64,000 bases of DNA, taken from assembly GCA_018830005.1 (NCBI GenBank), contig JAHJTE010000003.1, positions 71,674-135,673 of the forward strand, given 5' to 3'. Below the pieces are notes generated by a model that searched no databases, had not been told where the DNA came from, and was given only the letters and a program-made list of their open reading frames with translations. Shown here one piece after another: positions 10,200 to 22,113 of the stretch (position 1 is its first letter; each line of letters opens with the position of its first letter). This stretch comes from Candidatus Omnitrophota bacterium (GTDB taxonomy: Bacteria > Omnitrophota > Gorgyraeia > JAHJTE01). The translations under genes were made by a program, and so were the position numbers.

Positions 10200-10493
10200 T
10201 CAAAGGCGACGCTTTAATTCTCTAAATGCACCTAAGGCAAAGAGGGCAAGCCCTAAGGTGTCACCTATTTGATCCTCTAAAAAATCATGGAAATGCGCTT
10301 TTTCACCTAAGATTGGAGTGTGCTCAAGCTGCTTAAATCCATCACTAAAATCCAGGACCGCAGCAAACAAAAGAAACAAAAACCCTATAGAGATTAAGCG
10401 ATAATTTATCGTGCTTATATTCGACTTTAGCCTTGAGGCTAAATAGAAAAAAGCCACTAAAACAACTAGCAGCTTAGTAAAGTCCGGGTTCAT
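10200..10493 (-). CDS. Small hypothetical membrane protein
   Basis: Hydrophobic 97-aa ORF, co-directional with and overlapping the next ORF. Confidence 0.3.
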   Translation of the reverse strand: MNPDFTKLLVVLVAFFYLASRLKSNISTINYRLISIGFLFLLFAAVLDFSDGFKQLEHTPILGEKAHFHDFLEDQIGDTLGLALFALGAFRELKRRL

Positions 10494-10837
10494 TTTTTGA
10501 ATTGCTCTTTGATTTCCGGTCGGTTAAGCAAGACAAAACTTATCAAACCCAGTACTATCGGCACAAGGAGAGGAATTCCTAAGACATTAGCAGCAATCGC
10601 TAATTTTAGACCAAAAGGCCTGCGTCTAACTAGAAATACTGCACTAAATAAATATAGAAGACCGACTATTACTACGTAAATAGAAAAAGGGATCTTTATC
10701 CCAAAAATCGCAACAACATTAGGGCCTAAATAATTAAGAACTGGCAAAAACACAGCTAGAAATGCCCCCCAGACCAAATAACATAATTCTAGTCCAATAA
10801 AAGAAGCGTCCTTTAACAACTCATTAATCTTTTTCAT
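10490..10837 (-). CDS. Small hypothetical membrane protein
   Basis: 115 aa with three hydrophobic helices. Good RBS-like sequence upstream. Confidence 0.35.
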   Translation of the reverse strand: MKKINELLKDASFIGLELCYLVWGAFLAVFLPVLNYLGPNVVAIFGIKIPFSIYVVIVGLLYLFSAVFLVRRRPFGLKLAIAANVLGIPLLVPIVLGLISFVLLNRPEIKEQFKK

Positions 10838-11064
10838 ATTTCCTCCTTAATGAGGCCGCAACTTATGGAACACAAGTGAACATAAGTTGTCTGGCCGAAT
10901 TAACCCTGTAGCTTACAGTGAAAATATCAAAGAGATTTTCATTGTGTTTAAGCAAGGGGTAATAACCTTATTTGATATCTTACCTCTTTTAGGCGAATTT
11001 GACAAGATTAAATAAAATCTTGTTAAAATATATTGACTCTAGCCGTAAAAGAAAAGCTGGAGTC

Positions 11065-12375
11065 CTAACCTGCCCTGCCTCTACGACTGATCCTCTCTTT
11101 TGAAGGATTGAAATAGCCAACCATAATATCAGGAAAATTTATCAAAATTGAATCAATCAGTTCCTTTATACCTGTCATCTTAAAACCGTCTGGGCAAAAT
11201 CCAATCTCCCGTAAATATGCATAAGGATCAATATTCAGGTTCCTCCACTGAATCATATCTATCTTGTAAGTGTTTAAGAAACACTTGAATGCGCTAGACT
11301 CTTTCTCGGAATCAGTAAACCCCGGAATTGTAAGATAATTCAAAGAAACAAAACCTTTCATTCTTTTTGCTATCCTTAGGCTGTGCTTAACATCTTTAAA
11401 TTCATAACCTCTGGGTTTATAGTAACGCTTATAATACTCTTCTTGAACACTATTTATACTTACGCGTATACTATCCAAACCAACATCAAATAAGCTGGCT
11501 ATCTTTCTAGGTTTACTTGCATTAGTATTTAAATTTATTATGCCTTTTGTTGTCTTCTTCCTGATAAGCCTTATTGCGCTCTCGATTGTGTCCGCCACGC
11601 ATAAAGGCTCGCCTTCACAACCCTGACCAAAACTAACAACAGGATCTCTCACATTCTTAATATGAAATGTAGCTATCTCGGCAATCTCTTCTGGTGTGGG
11701 TAGGAATTTTATTCTGGGCTGTGTCACAGGGCAGGCCTTATTGATTTGAAGGGAAATACATCCAAAACACTGGGAATTACAAGTCTGAGAGCTAGGAAGT
11801 GGTGCCTCATAACGAATTAGAAAGAAATTCTTTGCAGCAGGGCAATTATATGTTAATGCGCAATTTTCTAAATGTTTAACTAATCTGTTCCCGGAAAATA
11901 ACTTGGTTAGTTTTTGGATGTTCTTTTTGAGCTTAGATGTTTTCATCAGCCGCTCATCCTGCCGTCTCTCTCTATCTACCCTTACTGCTGTTGTAAAAAA
12001 ATTACCTTTATAGAATGCAACAGGCGCATAGGCAAAAAGAGGCAAGGGTTTAGGGTTGCCTATCTGTCTGTAAGCGCTATTATAAGTTAAGGTATATCCA
12101 GGTGGCAGGAAAGCGCTAACCGCAAAACATCTCTTGTTTGTTTTTGAAAAAGGATTTGAGGCTATGGTGATAAAGCCTCTTTCCTCTCTTGCATAGCCAA
12201 CAGCTAATCTCTGCGGCAACATAAATAACCTGCTACCAAAGGGGAGCCTTATCCAGTCTTTGGCAGTTAATCTGAAAAACACACCTGCCTTCATACCGCA
12301 GGCCTCAATATCAAAAAGCTCAGAGACCTTGCCTTTTTTATCACTTATGAGTAACTGAGGATAAGCTCCTATCAT
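11065..12375 (-). CDS. Radical SAM protein with ~190-aa N-terminal uncharacterised domain
   Basis: CNSQCFGC (CX3CX2C) radical SAM cluster motif followed by a glycine-rich SAM motif region (VSFGQGCEGEPL). Confidence 0.6.
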   Translation of the reverse strand: MIGAYPQLLISDKKGKVSELFDIEACGMKAGVFFRLTAKDWIRLPFGSRLFMLPQRLAVGYAREERGFITIASNPFSKTNKRCFAVSAFLPPGYTLTYNSAYRQIGNPKPLPLFAYAPVAFYKGNFFTTAVRVDRERRQDERLMKTSKLKKNIQKLTKLFSGNRLVKHLENCALTYNCPAAKNFFLIRYEAPLPSSQTCNSQCFGCISLQINKACPVTQPRIKFLPTPEEIAEIATFHIKNVRDPVVSFGQGCEGEPLCVADTIESAIRLIRKKTTKGIINLNTNASKPRKIASLFDVGLDSIRVSINSVQEEYYKRYYKPRGYEFKDVKHSLRIAKRMKGFVSLNYLTIPGFTDSEKESSAFKCFLNTYKIDMIQWRNLNIDPYAYLREIGFCPDGFKMTGIKELIDSILINFPDIMVGYFNPSKERISRRGRAG

Positions 12376-12462
12376 GACCTATCTATTTTAGCGTAAAAAA
12401 AATACCCTTTGCAATAAATATATCACAAAGGGCTATAGTTATGTAATTTAATTATTATATTT

Positions 12463-12912
12463 TTAGATATTCTTGGGTAATACCGTTATCTCTACCTTGG
12501 TTATGCCTTTTCTTACCATCCTAAGCTCACAAGCTGCTGCTAGCGACAAATCAATTATTCTCCCCTTTATATATGGGCCGCGGTCGTTTATCCTTACAAT
12601 AACCTCCCTGTTATTGCTTAGATTCTTAACCTTAACAATACTGCCCAGGGGTAAGCTAGGATGTGCAGCCGTTAATCCATACATATTATATCTTTCCCCA
12701 GCTGCTGTCTTTCTTCCATGGAATCTCTTTCCATACCAAGATGCTATCCCAACCTGAAAGCTGGACCTGAAAGAGGAACCTGTATTTGCAAAGCAATGCT
12801 CTCCTCTAACAGTCCTGATCGAGTAAATAAAGACAGTGCATAGGGTACAAACTAATAAAAAAATAATCCTTCTCTTATTGAAAAAACGTTTTCTTGATCT
12901 ATTTGGCTTCAT
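12463..12912 (-). CDS. rlpA: RlpA-like septal ring lytic transglycosylase (DPBB domain) lipoprotein
   Basis: [60 protein letters not shown] is the double-psi beta-barrel RlpA signature. N-terminal signal/TM helix. Confidence 0.75.
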   Translation of the reverse strand: MKPNRSRKRFFNKRRIIFLLVCTLCTVFIYSIRTVRGEHCFANTGSSFRSSFQVGIASWYGKRFHGRKTAAGERYNMYGLTAAHPSLPLGSIVKVKNLSNNREVIVRINDRGPYIKGRIIDLSLAAACELRMVRKGITKVEITVLPKNI

Positions 12913-13093
12913 AAAAAGATGATAATTCGTCCTAATCAGTACTAATTTTGTGGGAATTTAATTTGACTCTAAAGCGCTCCTTTATGAGGATAACAACAGG
13001 TAAGAATCTAAAATATACTACATATAAGGGGATTTGTCAAGGCTTTTTTAAAAGTTTTAAAAAGAAAATATAAAGTTAAGTGGGTAAGAAATA

Positions 13094-13687
13094 TCAGCGG
13101 GAAATAACAAAAATCGCATTTAAGGCAAAAAGGTTAGGCCAGAAACGAACAATCCTATCTTGGGCTAGATAATAGGCGTTGACAATCTTTATATCCTCCT
13201 CATTACAAAAGGCCTTGAAGTCACTTATGCTTAAGAAATGCAAATTCGGTGTATTATACCAGCGGTAAGGCAAAGAGCTGGTTACAGGGGTTTTACCCTG
13301 AAAAAACACCATAGCCCTTGCCTTAATATAAGCAAAATTAGGAAAACCTACTATTGCCTTCTTACCTACGCGTAAGGCCTCCTGGATAACAAATTCAGCT
13401 CTTTTAGCCTCCTGCATAGTCTGATTCAAAATTACGTAATCAAATGATCTGTCTGGATATTCGCTTAGGCCGCTGTCAATATCAGTATGGAATACGCTTA
13501 GACCTTTTTCCACGCATCTGTAGATAGCCTCTTCGCTCAATTCTACGCCTTGAGCCCTGACCTTTTTGCCCTGGGATAAAGAATAGATAAGCTCGCCGTT
13601 ACCGCAGCCTAAATCCAAGACCTTTGATTCTGGCTCAATAATGCTGTAAATGATTTTATTGTCTAAACGCTTTGGCCTATCTTGCAT
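13094..13687 (-). CDS. metW: Methionine biosynthesis protein MetW
   Basis: ~200-aa methyltransferase-like protein (VLDLGCGNGELI) immediately downstream of metX. MetW-type C-terminus. Confidence 0.75.
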   Translation of the reverse strand: MQDRPKRLDNKIIYSIIEPESKVLDLGCGNGELIYSLSQGKKVRAQGVELSEEAIYRCVEKGLSVFHTDIDSGLSEYPDRSFDYVILNQTMQEAKRAEFVIQEALRVGKKAIVGFPNFAYIKARAMVFFQGKTPVTSSLPYRWYNTPNLHFLSISDFKAFCNEEDIKIVNAYYLAQDRIVRFWPNLFALNAIFVISR

Positions 13688-13696
13688 AATTATCCC

Positions 13697-14830
13697 CTAA
13701 GATCTAAATATATTGCCTAAGAAATGCCTAATAAGATGGGTCTGCTCTTCTGCCTCTATTAAAAATGCGTCATGTCCATAAGTCGATTTTATCTCGCAAT
13801 AAGAAGCATTCAGGCCTTTTATCTTCAGGAGACGCACGATCTCCTGTGATTGATAAGCTGGATAGAGCCAATCTGATTTAAAGGCTATAACCAGAAAATG
13901 AGTATTAATAACTCTGTTGCCGGGGATAAGTTTATCGCCCGATAAATCAAAATAATCCATGGCCTTGGTGATGTAAAGATAAGAATTGGCATCAAAACGC
14001 TTAACAAAATTATCTCCTCTGTATCTAAGATAGCCTTCGACCTCAAAATCAGTGCTGAATTTAGAGCTGTAATTCTTATCTTTTAGTTTTCTGGAGAATT
14101 TGGCCTCCATGGACTGGTCACTCATATAGGTGATATGGCCGATCATACGCGCCACTGCCAGGCCTTTTTCCGGCTGGCCGAATTTATAGTAATTGCCTTC
14201 TTTCCAGGCAGGATCAGCCATAACTGCTTGTCTGCCTACTTCGTCAAAGGCTATCTGCTGAGGCGAATGCTTTAGGGCACTAGCAATAGGTATACAAGTA
14301 CGTACTCTCTCTGGATATGAGGCAACCCACTGTAGGGCTTGCATGCCGCCCATTGAGCCTCCCACCACACAGAGTAGTTGTTCAATTCCCAAATGATCTA
14401 TTAAAAATTTCTGAGTATTAACCATGTCAGCAATGGTAATTATGGGAAAATCTAAGGCATAAGGCTGGCCTGTCTTAGGATCAACAGAAGACGGACCCGT
14501 GCTTCCTTTGCAGCCTCCGATTAAATTAGAGCAAATGATAAAATACTTTCTTGTATCAAACGCCTTGCCTGGCCCAATCATAAAATCCCACCAGCCTGGT
14601 CTTTCTTCGTTCTCATGAAAACCAGCTGCATGCGCATCTCCGCTTAAGGCATGCAGGATAAGAACGGCATTGCTCTTATCCTTATTAAGCTGGCCATACG
14701 TCTCATAGGCAAGTGTAATAGGACCAAGTTTCTGGCCAGACTCAAGAAGTAATTCATTAGGCGCTTGGGCAAAAGTAAAATACTTAGTCTCTACAATTCC
14801 TATACTGTCTGAACGAATTTTCTTTTCCAT
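13697..14830 (-). CDS. metX: Homoserine O-acetyltransferase
   Basis: Alpha/beta hydrolase with [12 protein letters not shown] nucleophile elbow. The likely start is the internal Met (MEKKIRS), because the longer ORF overlaps cysK. Confidence 0.85.
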   Translation of the reverse strand: MEKKIRSDSIGIVETKYFTFAQAPNELLLESGQKLGPITLAYETYGQLNKDKSNAVLILHALSGDAHAAGFHENEERPGWWDFMIGPGKAFDTRKYFIICSNLIGGCKGSTGPSSVDPKTGQPYALDFPIITIADMVNTQKFLIDHLGIEQLLCVVGGSMGGMQALQWVASYPERVRTCIPIASALKHSPQQIAFDEVGRQAVMADPAWKEGNYYKFGQPEKGLAVARMIGHITYMSDQSMEAKFSRKLKDKNYSSKFSTDFEVEGYLRYRGDNFVKRFDANSYLYITKAMDYFDLSGDKLIPGNRVINTHFLVIAFKSDWLYPAYQSQEIVRLLKIKGLNASYCEIKSTYGHDAFLIEAEEQTHLIRHFLGNIFRS

Positions 14831-14832
14831 TA

Positions 14833-15768
14833 TTATTGACTTTGAAATAACCAGGTAGAGAGATATCTCTCTCCTGTATCCGGTAAAACAACAACAATAG
14901 TTTTTCCTTGTGATTCTTTTCTCTTGGCAACCTCTAGAGCAACCCACATTGCTGCACCGCTTGATATCCCGACAAAGATTCCCTCTTTCTCTGCAAGCTG
15001 CCTGGCCACCTCACCTGCCTCCTTATCTGATACAAGCATAATCTCATCAATCGCATCTCTGTTTAATACTTGGGGAACAAATCCTGCCCCAATACCTTGA
15101 ATCTTATGAGACCCGGATTTACCCCCAGAAATCACAGGAGAATCTTTAGGTTCTAAGGCTATAATCTTTACAGAAGGCTTTCTCTTTTTTAATTCTTCGC
15201 CTACGCCGGTTATAGTACCTCCTGTGCCTATACCTGCAATAAAGATATCGACCTTGCCGTCTGTATCATTCCATATCTCTTGCGCTGTGGTCTTGCGATG
15301 AATTTGAGGATTAGCAGCATTATTAAATTGCTGCGGCATAAAACTGTTGGGTGTTTTATCCAAAAGCTCCCCTGCCTTCTCAACAGCGCCTTTCATGCCT
15401 TTAGCGCCTTCAGTAAGAACTAACTCTGCTCCAAAAATCTTCAATAACTGTCTCCTCTCTATGCTCATTGTCTCAGGCATTGTTAATATTAGCTTATAAC
15501 CTCTTGCAGCGCACACAAAGGCCAAGGCTATACCTGTATTACCGCTTGTTGGCTCAATAATCACAGAGTCCTTATTCAAAAGGCCATCGCGCTCTGCTGC
15601 ATCTATCATGGCAACGCCAATTCTGTCTTTTACACTGGAAAGGGGATTAAAAGACTCTAACTTTGCCAATATGGTTGCCTTTGATCCTTCTGTTAGCCTA
15701 TTTATTTTAACCAATGGGGTATTACCTACTGTCTCGGTTATATCATTAAAAATCTTAAGCATAACCAC
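14833..15768 (-). CDS. cysK: Cysteine synthase / O-acetylserine sulfhydrylase (PLP-dependent)
   Basis: [12 protein letters not shown]-lysine motif, [10 protein letters not shown], and [10 protein letters not shown] glycine loop. Confidence 0.85.
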   Translation of the reverse strand: MVMLKIFNDITETVGNTPLVKINRLTEGSKATILAKLESFNPLSSVKDRIGVAMIDAAERDGLLNKDSVIIEPTSGNTGIALAFVCAARGYKLILTMPETMSIERRQLLKIFGAELVLTEGAKGMKGAVEKAGELLDKTPNSFMPQQFNNAANPQIHRKTTAQEIWNDTDGKVDIFIAGIGTGGTITGVGEELKKRKPSVKIIALEPKDSPVISGGKSGSHKIQGIGAGFVPQVLNRDAIDEIMLVSDKEAGEVARQLAEKEGIFVGISSGAAMWVALEVAKRKESQGKTIVVVLPDTGERYLSTWLFQSQ

Positions 15769-15827
15769 CTCTTCTGCTAAAAAATTATATTCAAAAATTG
15801 TAGCATAAATCTTTAAAAAAGAGAAGC

Positions 15828-17144
<1,317 letters not shown>

Positions 17145-17150
17145 CTAGAT

Positions 17151-17573
17151 TCAGATGTAATAAGTTACTGATTCGTTTTTAATCTTGGCTACTAATGTAT
17201 CAAATGTTAGCCCTTCTAACTTCTGAATCAATTGAGAATTCAAATCATTCCAAATACTATTGATCAGCGTTTGCGCCTTGCTACTTTTCACATTGCCTTT
17301 GACTGCTAAGATGTTGTCGTCAACAGCCCTGAAAACATCAGCTAAACTGATTTGAGAAGGGGCTTTAAGCAAGAGATACCCTCCTGCTATTCCCCTGACA
17401 CTGTTTACCAGACCAGAATTTTTGAGGCGAATCATTATCTGCACCAAAAATTGTTTAGGAATATACTGACGTTTTGATATATCATTTAGCTGAACTGGCC
17501 TATGGTGCTGATAATGCAAAGCTAGCTCTATAACAGCCTTACATGCATATTCTATTTTCGCTGAAAGTCTCAT
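17151..17573 (-). CDS. Rrf2 family transcriptional regulator (CymR/IscR-like)
   Basis: N-terminal wHTH RLSAKIEYACKAVIELA... and GGYLLLKAP Rrf2 signature. First gene of the metY-cysK-metX-metW operon. Confidence 0.8.
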   Translation of the reverse strand: MRLSAKIEYACKAVIELALHYQHHRPVQLNDISKRQYIPKQFLVQIMIRLKNSGLVNSVRGIAGGYLLLKAPSQISLADVFRAVDDNILAVKGNVKSSKAQTLINSIWNDLNSQLIQKLEGLTFDTLVAKIKNESVTYYI

Positions 17574-17622
17574 TGTAAATATTCTAAAACTGGATATCCT
17601 ACTAACTTGATTATAATGATAA

Positions 17623-17650
17623 AGTATACCTTAAAAAAATATATTGTCAA
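17623..17650 (-). promoter_or_regulatory. Sigma70-like promoter (TTGACA-16-TATACT) for the rrf2-metY operon
   Basis: Minus-strand TTGACA at 17645-17650 and TATACT at 17623-17628. The downstream leader contains the palindrome TATCATTATAAT. Confidence 0.4.
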
Positions 17651-17668
17651 GTCTTTTTTATTATTAAC

Positions 17669-18082
17669 TTATTCTTCGCTTATAAACTGTTCTACCCTCT
17701 CTTTTATAATATCCCTTGTGTTTCTAAACGCCGAAAGTCTTTCCTTGCCAGTTCTGCCAACAAAAACAGGGTCTTCTATACTCCAATGGATCTTCTTGTG
17801 CTTACCCTGAAATACAGGGCAAACCTGCTTTGCGTTATCGCAAACAGTTATCACGTAATCAAAGCTCTGTTTCAAAAACTCCTTGATTGACTTTGAGTAT
17901 TGTCCGGATATATCAACTCCAGCTTCCTGCATGACCTTGATTGTCAAAGCATGTATGTAGGCAGGTCTAAGACCTGCGCTTGAGACTTCGAATCTATCAG
18001 CAGCCCTTGCCCTTAGGAAACCTTCTGCTATCTGGCTGCGGCAAGAATTTCCCGTACACAAGAATAATACCTTTTTCTTCAA
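17669..18082 (-). CDS. arsC: Arsenate reductase, thioredoxin-coupled LMW-PTP family
   Basis: CTGNSCRSQIAEG P-loop plus downstream Cys pair (TVCDNAKQVCP) typical of Trx-coupled ArsC. No arsB/arsR nearby. Confidence 0.7.
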   Translation of the reverse strand: MKKKVLFLCTGNSCRSQIAEGFLRARAADRFEVSSAGLRPAYIHALTIKVMQEAGVDISGQYSKSIKEFLKQSFDYVITVCDNAKQVCPVFQGKHKKIHWSIEDPVFVGRTGKERLSAFRNTRDIIKERVEQFISEE

Positions 18083-18083
18083 A

Positions 18084-21000
18084 TTACTCCTTTTTCTCCT
18101 GTTTTTTCTCAGCCACTACTTTTTGAGCTACCTCCGCAGGCACTTGTTCGTACTTCTTAAAATGCATGGAGCAGTTGGCGCGGCCAGAACTTAAAGACCT
18201 GAAGACACTTGCATAGCCAAACATCTCTGCTAAGGGAGCCTCGGCATATATAACCTTCTGATTTGCCTTTGCCTCGATATTTATAATTTTGCCTCTTCGC
18301 TGGCAGATATTTCCCACAAGACTATTTATGTATTCTTCAGGAGAAGTCACTTCAAGTGACATATAGGGCTCTAATAACACGGGCCTGGCTTTCGTAAACG
18401 CATCTTTAAACCCGCCGATAGCTGCCTGTTTAAATGCAATTTCCGAAGAATCCACCTCATGGAATGAGCCATCTAATAGATTTACTTTCACATCTACGAC
18501 AGGATAACCAGCAACTATACCTTTAATCATAGCTTCTTTAACGCCCTTTTCTACAGCCGGAATAAATGACTTGGGGATTGCACCGCCTCTAATGCTATCT
18601 ATAAATTCTAGCCCCTTACCTAATTCTGCGGGAGAAATATCCATAACCACATGACCATATTGGCCTCTACCTCCTGTCTGCTTAACATGTTTATACTCTC
18701 CAGTTGCCTTATCAGTTATGGTTTCCTTATAAGCTACCTTTGGCTTGCCTACAACCGCATCCACGCTAAATTCATTTTTTAATCTGTCTACGATAACCTC
18801 AAGGTGTAATTCTCCCATTCCAGTGAGGAGCGTCTCTTTGGTCTCCATATCAGATCGAACAACAAAAGTAGGATCTTCTTCTGATAATCTTGCTAATGCC
18901 TTTCCAAGCCTGTCTTGATCCTGGCGGGTCTTAGGAGAAATACTAAGGGAAATTACTGGCTCAGCAAATTCCATCCTCTCAAGCACAATAGGGCTATCAA
19001 TATCACAGAGGGTATCGCCAGTTATTGTCTTATCTAGGCCAACTAAGGCCACAATATCTCCTGCAAACGCGTTATCTACATTTTTTCTCTGATTAGCATG
19101 CATTTCCAAAATCCTGCTAATCCTTTCCTTTTTATCTTTGGTTACATTAAGTACGTATGAGCCAGACTCAAGTACTCCGGAATAAAGCCTTACAAAAATT
19201 AGCTTTCCAACATGAGGATCAGACTGTATCTTAAATGCAAGTGCACAGAACGGTTCTTTATAGTCAGCTTTTCTCTGAATAATCTTTTCAGGATCTTGGG
19301 GATCATTACCGGAAATCGCAGGTAAGTCTATAGGGGCTGGCAAAAAATCAATTACTGCATCAAGAAGCCTTTGCACGCCTTTGTTTTTTAAAGCTGAACC
19401 GCACAAAACAGGCACCAGCTTATTAAGAATTGTACCTTTGCGAATGGCCTTGCGTAGCTCCTCTTGCGTCAAAGAGTCTTCGGATTCTAAATATTTTTTC
19501 ATTAATGCATCATCAAACGCAACCGCCTTCTCAATCAACATGTGGCGGTATTTTTTTGCCACTTCTTTATGCTCTTGGGGAATATCCTCTGACTTGAAAT
19601 CCTTACCCTTTGATGCTTCGTCATAGTAATAGGCCTTCATCTCTAAAAGATCAATAACACCTTTAAAATCGCCTTCAGCGCCTATTGGTATTGTAAGGGC
19701 CACAACATTATCCGTAAGAATCTTCTTAATACTTTCATAAACCTTAAAATAGTCAGCACCAATACGGTCCATTTTATTTATAAAAACAATCTTGGGTACA
19801 TTGTATTTATCTGATTGGTGCCAGACAGTCTCAGACTGGCTTTCTACGCCGCCCACAGCACAAAATACTGCCACTGCCCCATCCAGAATGCGCAAACTCC
19901 TTTCAACCTCTACTGTAAAATCTACATGGCCAGGAGTATCGATAATACTTATGCGCTTTTCCTGCCAATAACAGTTGGTTGCCGCAGAAGTAATAGTAAT
20001 CCCTCTCTCTTGTTCCTGCTTCATCCAGTCCATCTGCGCATTACCATCATGGACTTCGCCAATCTTATGGGTTCTGCCTGTATAGAATAATATCCTCTCT
20101 GTAAGAGTAGTTTTTCCAGCATCGATGTGTGCCATAATGCCGATGTTTCTCACATCGCCTAAACTGACTTTGGGAGAAACCTGGATTTCTTTCTTTGGTT
20201 TTTGCTCTGGTTCCTTGACCTCTGCAGACTCCTGCTCTTTGGCCTCTTCTTTTTTCTCTTCAACAACTGGTTCAGGTTGTTTTGGCTCTTCTTTTTCAGG
20301 TGGTACTTCTTTTTTTATTTCTTCTTTGGCTGGAACTTGCTCTTTGCTAACAACCTCAACCGAATCTTGCACTACCGCCTGCTGCTTTTTCTCCTGAACT
20401 GTCGAGTCTCTTAATTTCTCCATAAGCTTAACTCTCTCGGTGTTAACAGACTGCAGTTGCTTCTCGATCAATTCCAATTCACTCTCAAGTTGGGTATATT
20501 CTTCATTGAGTCTTTCAAAATCCTTTTTTGAAACCCACTCACTTTCCTGCTGTTTCTTTTTTAATACCGAAGCTGTATCTGCATGGGCCTTTGACTCCTG
20601 GGTGAGTCTTTCGATTTTAAACTTAAGCCTTAGATTATCCTTGGATATCCTCTTATTCTCATCCTCAGATAGTTTAATTTTATCTTCTAAGAGCATCCGC
20701 TCTCTTTTAAGCTCCTCATTCTTGTTAAACGCCTCTAGCAATTCCTTCTCTTTATCTTTTAATTTATTAATAACCTCAAAGCTTTTCTCTCTGGCCTTGC
20801 TTAAATCCTCATCGCTTCTTTCTGTCCACTCTTGTCTTTTCGCTAACCTCTCATTTAAGTCCTTTTTCTCTGCTATGGCTACAGCAAGCTCTAGTCTTGC
20901 CTTGTCAAAATCCTGTTTTGATTCCTGCAAGGCATTGCTCAAAGAGGCCATCTCCTCTTGCAACTTTAATATACTCTCGCCCTTAGAATCTAGTTCTGGC

Positions 21001-21119
21001 AGTTTAGCATAATCTGAGATTCTAGCCTTTTTCTTCGAACCTTTATCGCCTCCTAGCAATAGGCCGTAGGCAACAAGGGCAACGCCGGCAAAAACTAATG
21101 CTCCAATTAGTATAACCAT
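18084..21119 (-). CDS. Elongation factor G paralog fused to N-terminal TM helix, coiled coil and PEK-rich linker
   Basis: Residues ~318-1011 carry full EF-G motifs ([27 protein letters not shown], domains II-V). Residues 1-22 are hydrophobic, 40-240 heptad-like and K/E-rich, 240-315 PEK low-complexity. The frame is continuously open over 3 kb. Confidence 0.8.
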   Translation of the reverse strand: MVILIGALVFAGVALVAYGLLLGGDKGSKKKARISDYAKLPELDSKGESILKLQEEMASLSNALQESKQDFDKARLELAVAIAEKKDLNERLAKRQEWTERSDEDLSKAREKSFEVINKLKDKEKELLEAFNKNEELKRERMLLEDKIKLSEDENKRISKDNLRLKFKIERLTQESKAHADTASVLKKKQQESEWVSKKDFERLNEEYTQLESELELIEKQLQSVNTERVKLMEKLRDSTVQEKKQQAVVQDSVEVVSKEQVPAKEEIKKEVPPEKEEPKQPEPVVEEKKEEAKEQESAEVKEPEQKPKKEIQVSPKVSLGDVRNIGIMAHIDAGKTTLTERILFYTGRTHKIGEVHDGNAQMDWMKQEQERGITITSAATNCYWQEKRISIIDTPGHVDFTVEVERSLRILDGAVAVFCAVGGVESQSETVWHQSDKYNVPKIVFINKMDRIGADYFKVYESIKKILTDNVVALTIPIGAEGDFKGVIDLLEMKAYYYDEASKGKDFKSEDIPQEHKEVAKKYRHMLIEKAVAFDDALMKKYLESEDSLTQEELRKAIRKGTILNKLVPVLCGSALKNKGVQRLLDAVIDFLPAPIDLPAISGNDPQDPEKIIQRKADYKEPFCALAFKIQSDPHVGKLIFVRLYSGVLESGSYVLNVTKDKKERISRILEMHANQRKNVDNAFAGDIVALVGLDKTITGDTLCDIDSPIVLERMEFAEPVISLSISPKTRQDQDRLGKALARLSEEDPTFVVRSDMETKETLLTGMGELHLEVIVDRLKNEFSVDAVVGKPKVAYKETITDKATGEYKHVKQTGGRGQYGHVVMDISPAELGKGLEFIDSIRGGAIPKSFIPAVEKGVKEAMIKGIVAGYPVVDVKVNLLDGSFHEVDSSEIAFKQAAIGGFKDAFTKARPVLLEPYMSLEVTSPEEYINSLVGNICQRRGKIINIEAKANQKVIYAEAPLAEMFGYASVFRSLSSGRANCSMHFKKYEQVPAEVAQKVVAEKKQEKKE

Positions 21120-21126
21120 GCTGCTC

Positions 21127-22080
21127 CTAAATCTTTATATTTAGTCTGGCTTTCTTACTGTTAAAAAGGCAACGACAGGATGTTGCAAGGCTCTCCTTAA
21201 TCGGATATGAATGCCTGAAGCCAGTAGCTGTTATTTTTTCTTGAGAATAAACTCTGTCTTTCAAAAAAAACTTCAATCTTCTTCCTGCGTAAGGAAAGGC
21301 CAACAAAAAAGGTGTGAATCTCCTGGAAATCTCATAAGGAGGTCTTGCAGAAATTGCACTTGCCATGATATTCATTACCTCTTTTGTAGTCAGGACATCT
21401 CTATCAGCTACAAAAAATGTGCCTTTTAAAAACTCATCATTTCTAAGTGAAAAAATCATGGCATCAACAACATTCTTTACATATACAAGATGAAATTTAC
21501 TTTCTCCTTTATTCACTAAAGGCAGAAGTCTATATTTTAATAAATGTAACATTCTCTTCAAAAGATGCGGCTCATCCTCACCATAGACCATACACGGCCT
21601 TAAGATGACAACCTCAAGCCCCTTCTTTCTATACTCAAGCACTACCTTTTCTGCTTCTATCTTTGATTCTGCGTATATATTGGTTGCAACAAAAGGCAGG
21701 TCTTCTACTAAAGGTATATGCGGATTCCCACTTACTACAGATACAGAACTTAGATAAATCACTCTTTCAACAGCTAATTTTAACGCAAGCCTACAAATAT
21801 TCTCAGTCCCTCTGACATTAACCTTATGCAAGGCATCTATGTTATCATTGAGGACATATCCAGCGCAGTGAAAAATAACGTCTATTTTTTCGTTAATATT
21901 TTTAAACAAAGAGTCAAATTCTGTAATGTCAGCATATATGAATTTTACTCCATATGGCTCTAATATTTTCGTGTTGCTTGCCTTCCTCACCAAGCAAAAA
22001 ATGTTAGCATGAGACTTTGATAATTCTTCTACCAGATGCCTTCCGATAAATCCTGTTGCTCCTGTAACTAAGATATTCAT
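21127..22080 (-). CDS. NAD-dependent epimerase/dehydratase (SDR family)
   Basis: N-terminal [15 protein letters not shown] Rossmann motif. Confidence 0.75.
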   Translation of the reverse strand: MNILVTGATGFIGRHLVEELSKSHANIFCLVRKASNTKILEPYGVKFIYADITEFDSLFKNINEKIDVIFHCAGYVLNDNIDALHKVNVRGTENICRLALKLAVERVIYLSSVSVVSGNPHIPLVEDLPFVATNIYAESKIEAEKVVLEYRKKGLEVVILRPCMVYGEDEPHLLKRMLHLLKYRLLPLVNKGESKFHLVYVKNVVDAMIFSLRNDEFLKGTFFVADRDVLTTKEVMNIMASAISARPPYEISRRFTPFLLAFPYAGRRLKFFLKDRVYSQEKITATGFRHSYPIKESLATSCRCLFNSKKARLNIKI

Positions 22081-22113
22081 AAGCTTATTTTTTCATTTAC
22101 TAGAGAGCATGAA

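Noticed and set aside
17573-17669. Possible SAM (S-box) riboswitch upstream of the methionine operon
   Set aside because: The leader is only ~45 nt after a clear promoter and lacks S-box conserved helices. Regulation is more likely through the encoded Rrf2 repressor.
20125-21012. Three plus-strand ORFs (90, 70 and 190 aa) rich in Ser/Phe/Leu
   Set aside because: They lie antisense to the K/E-rich coiled-coil and PEK low-complexity region of the EF-G fusion gene. Their composition is the mirror image of that repeat, so they are spurious.
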